From: a virus
Length of the DNA stretch: 64,000 nucleotides
IMG/VR virus record: IMGVR_UViG_3300050821_007696
Coordinates: 20,236-84,235 of that record
Strand: one strand, 5' to 3'
Below the pieces are notes generated by a model, which worked only from the letters and a program-made list of their open reading frames with translations, had not been told where the DNA came from and ran no database searches. Positions 19,101 to 27,439 of the stretch are shown piece after piece. The translations under genes were made by a program, and so were the position numbers. Positions within the stretch are counted from its first letter, which is position 1. The number at the start of each line of letters is the position of its first letter.

Positions 19101-21180
19101 CCTCAACAAGATCGAGCAGCAGCTGACCGTCGCGTCTTCCAACCTGCTGAAGGACACGCAGAACCTGGCCGGGGCGATGGGGCAGACGCTGACCACCGCG
19201 ATTGCCGGGGCGGTCTTCGCCGCGGAGAAGGGACCGCAGGCACTGCAGACGCTTGCTAACGCGATGGCCGCGCTCGCTAACGGCAAGGGCTCGGTGACCG
19301 GCGTCGAGCAGGCGCTCCAGGCGACCATCCCGGCGCTGGTGCTGATGACGGGCAGCAGCAAGAACGCCGAGGCCGAGTTCCTGGCGATGGCCGGGTCGAT
19401 GCACATCAGCCAGAAGGAGGCGACGGCGCTGTGGAACGCCGTCATGCCCGGGGCGAACTCGCTGGCGCAGATCACCAAGGCGTCGCAGGCGCTGACCAAT
19501 GCGACCAATGCGAACTTCACCGCGTTCTCGCACCTTCCCGGCGCCCTGTCCATCAGCACCGCCGGGTACGCCCAGGTGTGGGCGGCGATCCTCAAGACGG
19601 ACGCCGGCCTGGTCAACAACCAGGGGTACACGAACGGCGCTAAGAACGCGTTCATCAGCTTCGCGGTGAACGGCCTGAAGTTCACCGCGGGCGAGGCGAC
19701 CCGGCTGTGGCAGACGAACCAGGCGCAGAACCTCGTTTCGCTGGCCGGCAAGGCGGGGACCACGGAAAGCGCTTTCGTCGCCCTGGCCAAGAGCGGCCTC
19801 GGGCTGACCACGACGGGCGCGCAGCAGCTGTGGGCGACGCTGCGGCTGCAGTACCTTGACACCCTGGTCGCCAAGGGCAAGGGCGCGGAAAGCCAGTTCA
19901 TCGCACTGGCCAAGTCCGGCCTGGACCTGACTACCAGCGCTGCGCAGTCGCTGTGGAACACGATGCGCAACCAGTACCTGGACACCCTGGGCAGCAAGGC
20001 GAACATCACCACCGGCCAGTTCGTCGCGCTGGCCAAGCAGCTCGGCGTGTCGCAGACCGCAGCCATCAACCTGTGGCTGTCGCTCCAGAAGCTGCCGCCG
20101 GTGGTGAAGGTCGCCGTGGACGAGACGATCGCCGGCGGCGGCAAGATCGTCGTGCAGGGCAACATCGTCGCCAACCAGTCGACGGGCATCGCGACCTCGA
20201 CGATCACCGGCGAGCAGACGTTCAACGGTTACGCCTACGCGGCGGGCGGCGTCGTCCCGGCCGGCGGCGGCCCGGCGGGCAGGGACAGCAGGCTGGCGAT
20301 GGTCGCGCCCGGCGAGCTGATCATCCCGACGGCGCACGCGCCCAAGTTCAGCGACATGGCCAGGCGGTCGGGCATCCCCGGTTTCGCGGCGGGCGGCGTA
20401 GTCGGGCAGAGCGACGCTGTGGCGGCGATGAACGCGGCGATCCTGCCCAGCGCCAGCAAGACCAGCGCCACGATCGTCGGGATGGCGGGCGAGGCGCTGG
20501 TCTCGGCGATGGCGGCGCAGCTCAAGACCATCGCTGCGGCGACGGCCGCGATTTCGCTGGCCGGGGTGTCCAACGCCTCCTCGATGGCGGCGCTTCAGTC
20601 GGCCGCGGCGAAGGCCGGGTGGACGGGTGCGCAGTGGACGGCGCTGTTCAATGTCGAGATGCGCGAGGCCGGGTTCTCGACGACCGCGCAGAACCCGAGC
20701 AGCGGCGCCTACGGCATGGCCCAGTTCATTAACGGCCCGAGCGAGTACGCCCTGTACGGGGGCAACAGCACCACCGCTGCCGGGCAGGCCGTGGCGATGG
20801 TCAACTACATCAAGTCAAGGTACGGGACGCCGTCCGCTGCATGGGCGCACGAGCAGGCGTTCGGCTGGTACAACCAGGGCGGCGTCGTCCCGCATTCAGC
20901 CGGCGGCATGGTCAGCGAGCCGGTGTTCGGCTACGGCAAGTTCTCCGGCATGCCCTACTCGTTCGCCGAGCGCGGTCCCGAGCAGGTCATTCCCGGCGGC
21001 GCGGCCAGCGTGCAGAACCAGCAGCTGCCCGGCATGACTACGTACCAGGCGAACACGCTGATCAGCCTGATGCAGCAGCAGAACAAGCTCCTGGCCCAGA
21101 TGCCGTACTCGCAGGCACAGGCCATCAACCAGGCGAACGCCGCCGGAGTCAGGCGCGGGTACTTCGCGACGAGCGGATGA
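16165..21180 (+). CDS. Tape measure protein with a C-terminal lytic transglycosylase-like domain
   Basis: 1671 aa, Ala-rich helical; C-terminal MREAGF...QNPSSGAYGMAQF...YIKSRYGTPSAAWAH...GWY. Confidence 0.9.
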   Translation: MARLIGDAYIVIYPQGDQFGPQAEAIVKKGLAAIRPTVPVRPQLDKAAAAAVEAQLKALTDDVPISAHLDPAAAAKIEAQLKSFAGNALNLDVNLSNLAALRAATETYFRGIPLGFGIDPAQLAAIKTSIDAFMKSGIGTANVPVAISPAQLAAMKATLNAYMKSGIGTVSVPVSFNAVQIAAMAQALKTYLAAPVPVNVSTAGAMAKVTALAAYTKAALGSGLSVGLNFGAAIGQALTLQAVLSSLQATWGKLGNTTAATAALATAAMLKTSASFINMSTAGGGAFGFLSAQITLFAGVFNKILPKVLSSVSVWHLAADWVVEFGAVFIPATLAITAFGIAVAPVLLDAKNRLQAMSQAASALGVSIGIFNYNAKGAVGPMQQLQNALQPAVWEVTGDAIKVMTANTGGFQAIVRSVTTVVENLAARMTAAFSSPGASQVMKNGALDFQRFGTIIGNLGGALGNFIKDVPGYAEIIQELFVKISAGIEAFTAVAGPVIKAGLALHGFFLYTGLAVTAGVALIGMLARGATALFTFAAGAVDFETVAMSLGASIEALRLSMISFGKSMGALLINPYVLAIAALGLAIYDTVSYWNAASASVSKFTTNLVTSIDAMKGGDALQAIPDAIGQITDQLKIAASSQAFSDIQKNFFNLGNTGNAFAKETQVQLQQVGEAFKSLGSGPIGGELQGFFSHMGAAIKDIFSPAAAEEQQQVSNTKNLQSAFQQLTSQQQNLLTVTGDLMTGQKLGNTATFTWAQSLGILDAAGVQASDSLQLMETKVEGFLAGWSQFGLNASQIGNAVNALSLQTEMGQTSVSKLTSAYSNFISTVTGGESAFTTFGEGLSTLNQAFSSAGASGVTFSDSLGKFSVKGTAAGASMNGLTQASLNARGAFATEVTNATGLYNSLLTLSSVSAAGAQGQNLLAQAGKDMVAVLLPLAKGSQTAMAEVSALAQLAGGPATTSFQALSKWVGNTKNPMQDLNKIEQQLTVASSNLLKDTQNLAGAMGQTLTTAIAGAVFAAEKGPQALQTLANAMAALANGKGSVTGVEQALQATIPALVLMTGSSKNAEAEFLAMAGSMHISQKEATALWNAVMPGANSLAQITKASQALTNATNANFTAFSHLPGALSISTAGYAQVWAAILKTDAGLVNNQGYTNGAKNAFISFAVNGLKFTAGEATRLWQTNQAQNLVSLAGKAGTTESAFVALAKSGLGLTTTGAQQLWATLRLQYLDTLVAKGKGAESQFIALAKSGLDLTTSAAQSLWNTMRNQYLDTLGSKANITTGQFVALAKQLGVSQTAAINLWLSLQKLPPVVKVAVDETIAGGGKIVVQGNIVANQSTGIATSTITGEQTFNGYAYAAGGVVPAGGGPAGRDSRLAMVAPGELIIPTAHAPKFSDMARRSGIPGFAAGGVVGQSDAVAAMNAAILPSASKTSATIVGMAGEALVSAMAAQLKTIAAATAAISLAGVSNASSMAALQSAAAKAGWTGAQWTALFNVEMREAGFSTTAQNPSSGAYGMAQFINGPSEYALYGGNSTTAAGQAVAMVNYIKSRYGTPSAAWAHEQAFGWYNQGGVVPHSAGGMVSEPVFGYGKFSGMPYSFAERGPEQVIPGGAASVQNQQLPGMTTYQANTLISLMQQQNKLLAQMPYSQAQAINQANAAGVRRGYFATSG

Positions 21181-21258
21181 CCGCTGCGGGCGTATCCGTT
21201 GTAGGTTGCGTGAGTATTGTGGCCCGCGTGACAGCCAGCGTGACTGTAGTATATGTGT

Positions 21259-21330
21259 GCGCCCGTAGCTCAGCGGATAGAGCACCTGCCTACGGAGCAG
21301 ATGGCGAGGGTTCGAGTCCCTCCGGGCGCA
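21259..21330 (+). tRNA. tRNA-Arg(ACG)
   Basis: GCGCCCG/CGGGCGC acceptor stem, D arm, CT-ACG-GA loop, GGTTCGAGTCC T arm; no encoded CCA. Confidence 0.9.
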
Positions 21331-21331
21331 C

Positions 21332-21404
21332 GTGCCTGTAGCTCAGGCGGGAGAGCGGTCCCCTGAAAAGGGACAGGGCGGCGGTCCGATTCCGTCCGGG
21401 CACA
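21332..21404 (+). tRNA. tRNA-Phe(GAA), atypical T loop
   Basis: GTCCC-CT-GAA-AA-GGGAC anticodon arm; T loop reads TCCGATT. Confidence 0.75.
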
Positions 21405-21409
21405 CGGCC

Positions 21410-21425
21410 AGTGCCAGCTGGCACT
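21410..21425. promoter_or_regulatory. 16-bp palindrome, copy 3
   Basis: Exact match 5 nt after tRNA-Phe. Confidence 0.75.
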
Positions 21426-21734
21426 ACGGTTCCGGGCGGCACCCGCAGCCGGGCACCTGGTAGCCGTCATCCGGCGCCGACGGCTCGGCCGATACGTACA
21501 TGACGCTGACGGTGCCGCGCGGGCAGCGGTGCTGCACCAGGGGGGATGCCGTCGCGTTCTCCTGCACTCGTGAACTGCAGGCGGCGGCAGAGTGGGTTCC
21601 GTCTCCAAAGATGGCCCGCACAGCGGTAACCCGTGTAACTCCTGAGTAGCGGCGCGTATTCCGCCGGGATAGAGTCCTGACAAGGAGCGCCCAGTACTCG
21701 CTGAGCTGGCCTGAAGTACCGACACGGAGGACGT

Positions 21735-24700
21735 GTGCCGGCCTACTCAGGCTCTGCTTTCCCGTACTGGATGACGATCGCCGGCAACGGCTCTGTCGCC
21801 AACCCCGGGGCGGTGTCCGAGAATATCCCGGTCACGGTCGGTACCAGCTACACGCTCACCGCGGACGCGTCGTTCTCCGGGTTCTTCGCCGGCGGCATGA
21901 AGCTGACGCTGACCTGGTTCCAGTCGAACGGCACGCAGATCAGCCAGGTCACCGCGACCAGCGGCGCGATGTCACCGAACCAGATCGTCTCCCTGTCGAC
22001 CACCCCGACGGCGGCCCCTGCTACCGCGGCCTACGCGGTCGCCACGGTCGCTGCCGCCGGGCTGCCCGGGGCTTCGAACGTGCTGTCGGTGTACGCGGCC
22101 TCGGTTGCCCCGCAGGGCAGTGTCAGCATCAACGTCAACTACGCCTTCACCTGGACTTTCTGGCCGTGGACGGCGGTCAATAGCGCGTCGCTTGGCTGGC
22201 AGGCGAGCCAGTTCCTGCCGCAGAACTCCGACTCCCTGGTCCTGGCGCAGACGATCGAGCTGATGGGCGGCGCGGGCGGCGTGCCCTGCCAGGCGGTCCC
22301 GTCCCTGCTCGACTCCAACGGCACGGGACCGCGGTTCCGGGTGCTGGCGCCGCCGTCGATGAACAGCGCGGCCTACGGGTACGAGGGCAGCTACGACTTG
22401 AACGCGCCGCAGCCGACCCAGGACGTCGTGGCGTCGATGCTGCTCGACGGCGAGCGGCCTTTCGGGACAAGAGCGGCAAACCGGACGATGACTATCCCGG
22501 TCATTATCTTCGGCACGCTCGCCGGCGGCATGCGCCAGGTGCTGGCCGCCCGCGAGTACCTCATGAGCCTGATCGACCGGCAGACCTGGCAGATCACCTG
22601 GACGCCGGCCGATACCGGCAAGCCGCTGATCTACGACTGCTTCCGCGCGCTGCCGTCCGTCCCGGTGTACGGCTTCAACTACAGCGCAGGCGGCAGCGCG
22701 TCGGGCTCCGCGGTTGGACGGCCTAACTACCCGGTCGCCCTGATCACCTTGTCGATCCAGGCGCTGCCCTACGGCCGGTCCGACATCGACGGCATCCAGT
22801 CACTGCCGTTCTCCAACAGCCTGCTCAGCTCCCCCGTGCCTCCCGGCTCGGTCAGCATCGACACCTTTTCCTCGGTGACCGGCGGCCAGGGCTGGGTGCA
22901 GGACAGCACCAAGTTCGTCCAGGGCGGCACCGCGTCCATCCGCTACGACGCGCCCGTGCCTGTTGCCAGTCCCTACCCGGCGGCCGTCTACTCCCGCACC
23001 CTGGGCGCGGCGGCGAGCATCATCGGGCTGCCCGCCCTGTCGGTGTGGCTCGGGCAGGCGTACGACACGCAGTGGCCCGCGTCCCCGTCGTTCGCCTCCA
23101 ACGTCACCCTCGCCTGGACGCTGACCGACGGGCTCGGCCGCACCCTGTCGTTCTCTAAGACGCAGAACGCCGCCGCCTGGGGCGCCACCCCGTCCACGCC
23201 CAAGTGGACCCTGGTCACCGCCGCGATCCCGCAGGGCACGGCGAACTTCTCCTACGGCGACGTCACCGCCTACAGCGTGCGCGTCACCAACTGGGCCGGC
23301 TCGGGCACCACCGGCCTGGTGCGGATGCACGCCTGGCTCAACGACCTGGTCGCCAACCCGCAGACCGTCGCCAACCAGGCGTCCCCGCGCGGCACGCTGT
23401 ACAACCTGTTCTCACTGCCCGGCAGCGCCCGCGCCCCGGTCAACGTGCAGGCGCAGCTGCCCGCCACCGCCCCGGTCACCCAGGAGATCACCACCCCGTC
23501 CTCGGGTACCTGGATCGTCCCGCCCGCCGTCTACCAGCTGCAGGGCGAGTGCTGGGGCGCAGGCGGCGCGGGCGCAACCGTCAACCAGTCCCGGCCGACC
23601 GCGGGCGGCGGCGGGGGCGGCGGCGAGTACGCAGCCGAGCCTGTCCTGAACGTGCTGCCCGGCATGCAGGTGCCCTACAGCCTCGGCGCCGGCGGCACCC
23701 CGTCGCAGATCCAGCAGACGGTCATCGACCAGACGGTACCCGGCCTGCACAGCTGGCTCTGCCCGGCGAACGTCACCAGCGCCCTGGTGGAGTGTTGGGG
23801 CGGCGGCGCAGCGGGAGCCGCGGGAGCAGGCGGTGGCGGGGCCGGCGGTTACGCCTCGGCGAACATCAGCGTAATCCCCGGCACGTCCTACCTGCTGTCC
23901 GTCGGGGCCGGCGGCCAGGCCAACACCGGCACCACCTCAGCGGACAACGCGGCCCGCAACGGCGGCTCTACCTGGTTCGGCGGTCCCGGCACGACGGGTA
24001 CCGGCAACGCGCTGATCGTCGCGACCGGCGGCATCTCGCCGCAGACCGGCACCGCAGGCGGCGGCACCGGCGGCACCGGCGCGGTATCCGGCCTCGGCAT
24101 CGCCGACGGCACCTTCGAGAGCGGCGTCAGCCAGTGGACCCCGGTGAATGCCGCCGTCGTGCGGTCCTCGGCGCAGGCGCACAGCGGCACCTACAGCGCG
24201 CAGGTCACCGTGTCGGGTTCCCCGGCGTCGGCGTCCCTGCAAGACGGCATTTCCTACATGGTCTCGGTCAGCCCCGGCGTGCAGTACACCACCACCCTGT
24301 GGGTGTACACCGCGACGGCCGGGCAGACGATGCACGCGTCGGTCTTCTGGTACGACAAGAACTTCAACCCCCTGTCCACCTCCGCGGCCAGCGGCACCGG
24401 GATCAGCGCGAGCACCTGGACCCTGCTGAGCGAGACCGCCACGGCGCCGGCCGGGGCCGTGTACGCCGCGTACGGCCCGGTGGTCACGTCGCCTGCTGCG
24501 AACCTGGTGTTCTACACCGACGACGTGTTCCTGAACTACGCCGTCACCACGACCTACCCCGGCGGCAACGGCGGCCACGCTCCCGGCGGGGGCGGCGGCG
24601 GAGGCGGCGGCTGCGGCGACCATACAGGCCGCGGCCATCACGGGCACCCCCCGGCGTCCAACGGGAACGGCGCGGCCTGGTGCGGCTCCGGGCAGGGCGG

Positions 24701-27425
24701 CAGCGCGCAGGGCCAGGGCGGCGGCGGCGGCAGCGGCGCGTCGGCTCCCGGTACGCCGTCAGGCGGAAGTTCCCCCGGCGGCGGCGGAGGCGGCGGTTTC
24801 TGCGGTGCCTACTTCCAGTACGCCGCGCAGGCCGCCCAGGCGACGCCGGGCCAGGCGCAAGTCAACTACATGGGCGCTAACGGCGCCAACGGCCTGGTGC
24901 AGCTCACCTACGCCATCGGCAACGGCAGCCCGGTCAACGGCGGCAGCACCACCTTCGGGTCGTCGAGTACTACCGGGACCGTGGTGACCGCGAACGGCGG
25001 CCAGTCGGTCGCGCTGAATTCCGCGACGGGAGCAGTCGGCGGCAGCGGTTCCTCGAACACCCTGCACACCCCCGGCGGCGCAGGCGGCCTCGACACCGGC
25101 ACGTCGATGGGCTCGTGGATGCTCGGCCCGTCAGTCAGCTCGCTGTTCCAGACGCTGTCCTCGTTCAGCTACAGCGCGGCCAGCCACACCTCCGGCGCCG
25201 CGGCCAGCTCGTGCGCGCAGGGCGGCGCCGTCGTGCTCGTGCAGTCGGCGGCCCCTGTATTCGACCTGACCGTCACCGACTCCGCGGGCAACACCTACCT
25301 GAACCAGGGGCAGCAGGGCGGCGGCGCCGGCGGATCGACTGGCTGCATCTACGTGTTCACCTCGCCGCTGGTCTTCCCGGTCACGACGAGCACCACCCTG
25401 ACCGTAAGCTCGGCGACCAGCCAGCAGTACGGCGCCATCTGGTACGCCAGCCCGTGGATCACCGACTCCACCGGGAGCAACACCGGGCAGGGTAACGGCA
25501 CCGGCACTGCGGTCAGCGGCCAGTTCGGGGTCACCGACAATGTCTCGGCGCAGTACGAGCTGGTGCTGGCGTTCAACGCCACCAACCAGAGCTTCGGCAC
25601 CCCGACGTTCGGCGGCAAGCTCTGGTACGCGCCCGGCTCGACGGCTTCCCTGCTGTCCGGCAGCCTGTCGATGCAGGCGTACGTCGGCCTGAACGAGGGC
25701 GGCGGCACCGGCACGGCGAACGGCGACCAGTTCGCGCTGACCCTCGGCGGCAGCTCGTCGTGGGCGGTGCTGTGCATCCCGCTGATGGCCGCCAGCCAGC
25801 AGGCGTACACGCCCAAGCTCGACTGGCGGGCCGGCACCACGCCGGGAGCATCGACCACGTGGGGCATCGACGCCTCCGTCTCCGCCGAGGGCATGATCGC
25901 CGTCGTCGGCATGGCAGGCAGTGGCTCGTCAATCACCGCCGGGCCGAGCGCGTTCAGCGACCAGGGAGGCAACGCCTACACCGTCCGGAGCACAGTCGTC
26001 CTGCCGTCTAACGGCGGCGTGGTGTTCCTGGCGACCGCCCCGGTCACCGCGGCGATGGTGCAGGGCGCGTCGGGCACGGTCAGCTGGGGCCACGCCTCGG
26101 CCGCGCCGAACTACTGGACCGCCGCGTACTGGATTCCTAACGCCACCGGCTTCGACGGCGTGTCGGCGGTAACCGGCAGCAGCTCGGCTCCGGCCGCGGT
26201 GTACGCCCCGTCGGCCAGCAACACCATGGCTTTCGCTGTGTTCGGTAACGCCGTGACAGGCACTGCTGCGGTGAGCGGGGCTGCCGCGCCGTGGAACTAC
26301 ATCGACACCAATACCCAGTCGTACCTGGACGCTCAGACATGGGCTTGCCAGGTGACCGACGTCAACCCGGTAACCGCGTCGGGTTCGCTCGGTATCTCCG
26401 CCCCGTGGGCCGTGCTCGTATTCGGGCTCCAGATGAGCGTGCGGGCAGCGGGCGGCGGCGCGGCGGGCGGTCCCGGCAATGCGGGCTACCCGTCTACTTT
26501 CTACGGGGGCGGTCCAGGCTACTCCGGCGGCGGCAAGGGCGGTCTCGGTGCGCAGTCCCTGAATACCAACGGCGGGGGCGCCAGCCTGCCTGGCGGAGGC
26601 GGGGGCGGCTCGTTCGGCTCGACGACGACCTCGATTCCCGGCGGCCAGGGCGGGCAGGGCGCGGTACGGGTAACTTACAGCCCGCCGCTGACTCCGTTCA
26701 ACACGCTGATCGTGCACCGGCCGGGGCAGGGGGCTAACCAGAATCTCAGCCCGCTGCTGTCCATTCCGTTCTCTGACGTGCCCAATAACACTGAGTACAC
26801 CGTCGTGAACGCTTCCCAGCCGTCGGTGAACGCGGTGTTCAACAGCACCTACACGGTCATCCTGGTCAACCACGCCTGGGACTCGGCGAACCTCGGCAGC
26901 GCCCGGACGATCACCGTGACCGTCTCGCAGTACGAGTACCCCGGCGGCCCGGCCAGCTCCGTCCAGGTCAGCCGGTCGGTGACGCCGTCGACGGACGTGG
27001 TGAACGGCATCCTCAACATGGGCGAGGTCACCCTGCCCATCAAGGACTACGCCAAGTTCAACGACCAGTCGCACTTCACCGTGTCGGTCAACGATACCGA
27101 CCAGAACGACCGGTTCATGGACGTGCTGTTCCTCGACACGACCGGGCAGACCGTGATGATCAACATCGACCCCAGCCAGCCGGGCTACAACACCTACGTC
27201 AACTACTACATCGACGAGCCGACCGCCGACCGCGACCTGGGCTTCGTCGGTGGCACCTGCCAGGACCGGCAGCACAACGTGAGCCTGATGGAGTACACGT
27301 TCATCTCCGGCGGCCCGCTGTACATCGGCGCGGGTGACAACCTGCTGCTGACCTACTCCCCGTCAGGTGCGCCGAGCCTCGGGCTGTCCTATAGCCCTCG
27401 CTGGTACCTAGATAGAATTGTGTGA
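21735..27425 (+). CDS. Large minor tail protein (distal-tail-like, with Gly-rich and carbohydrate-binding-like inserts)
   Basis: First large gene after the tape measure; ECWGxGGxG Gly-rich modules; DGTFESG...AHSGTYS CBM-like domain; ends YSPRWY. Confidence 0.7.
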   Translation: MPAYSGSAFPYWMTIAGNGSVANPGAVSENIPVTVGTSYTLTADASFSGFFAGGMKLTLTWFQSNGTQISQVTATSGAMSPNQIVSLSTTPTAAPATAAYAVATVAAAGLPGASNVLSVYAASVAPQGSVSINVNYAFTWTFWPWTAVNSASLGWQASQFLPQNSDSLVLAQTIELMGGAGGVPCQAVPSLLDSNGTGPRFRVLAPPSMNSAAYGYEGSYDLNAPQPTQDVVASMLLDGERPFGTRAANRTMTIPVIIFGTLAGGMRQVLAAREYLMSLIDRQTWQITWTPADTGKPLIYDCFRALPSVPVYGFNYSAGGSASGSAVGRPNYPVALITLSIQALPYGRSDIDGIQSLPFSNSLLSSPVPPGSVSIDTFSSVTGGQGWVQDSTKFVQGGTASIRYDAPVPVASPYPAAVYSRTLGAAASIIGLPALSVWLGQAYDTQWPASPSFASNVTLAWTLTDGLGRTLSFSKTQNAAAWGATPSTPKWTLVTAAIPQGTANFSYGDVTAYSVRVTNWAGSGTTGLVRMHAWLNDLVANPQTVANQASPRGTLYNLFSLPGSARAPVNVQAQLPATAPVTQEITTPSSGTWIVPPAVYQLQGECWGAGGAGATVNQSRPTAGGGGGGGEYAAEPVLNVLPGMQVPYSLGAGGTPSQIQQTVIDQTVPGLHSWLCPANVTSALVECWGGGAAGAAGAGGGGAGGYASANISVIPGTSYLLSVGAGGQANTGTTSADNAARNGGSTWFGGPGTTGTGNALIVATGGISPQTGTAGGGTGGTGAVSGLGIADGTFESGVSQWTPVNAAVVRSSAQAHSGTYSAQVTVSGSPASASLQDGISYMVSVSPGVQYTTTLWVYTATAGQTMHASVFWYDKNFNPLSTSAASGTGISASTWTLLSETATAPAGAVYAAYGPVVTSPAANLVFYTDDVFLNYAVTTTYPGGNGGHAPGGGGGGGGGCGDHTGRGHHGHPPASNGNGAAWCGSGQGGSAQGQGGGGGSGASAPGTPSGGSSPGGGGGGGFCGAYFQYAAQAAQATPGQAQVNYMGANGANGLVQLTYAIGNGSPVNGGSTTFGSSSTTGTVVTANGGQSVALNSATGAVGGSGSSNTLHTPGGAGGLDTGTSMGSWMLGPSVSSLFQTLSSFSYSAASHTSGAAASSCAQGGAVVLVQSAAPVFDLTVTDSAGNTYLNQGQQGGGAGGSTGCIYVFTSPLVFPVTTSTTLTVSSATSQQYGAIWYASPWITDSTGSNTGQGNGTGTAVSGQFGVTDNVSAQYELVLAFNATNQSFGTPTFGGKLWYAPGSTASLLSGSLSMQAYVGLNEGGGTGTANGDQFALTLGGSSSWAVLCIPLMAASQQAYTPKLDWRAGTTPGASTTWGIDASVSAEGMIAVVGMAGSGSSITAGPSAFSDQGGNAYTVRSTVVLPSNGGVVFLATAPVTAAMVQGASGTVSWGHASAAPNYWTAAYWIPNATGFDGVSAVTGSSSAPAAVYAPSASNTMAFAVFGNAVTGTAAVSGAAAPWNYIDTNTQSYLDAQTWACQVTDVNPVTASGSLGISAPWAVLVFGLQMSVRAAGGGAAGGPGNAGYPSTFYGGGPGYSGGGKGGLGAQSLNTNGGGASLPGGGGGGSFGSTTTSIPGGQGGQGAVRVTYSPPLTPFNTLIVHRPGQGANQNLSPLLSIPFSDVPNNTEYTVVNASQPSVNAVFNSTYTVILVNHAWDSANLGSARTITVTVSQYEYPGGPASSVQVSRSVTPSTDVVNGILNMGEVTLPIKDYAKFNDQSHFTVSVNDTDQNDRFMDVLFLDTTGQTVMINIDPSQPGYNTYVNYYIDEPTADRDLGFVGGTCQDRQHNVSLMEYTFISGGPLYIGAGDNLLLTYSPSGAPSLGLSYSPRWYLDRIV

Positions 27426-27439
27426 CGGGTGGTGACTGA

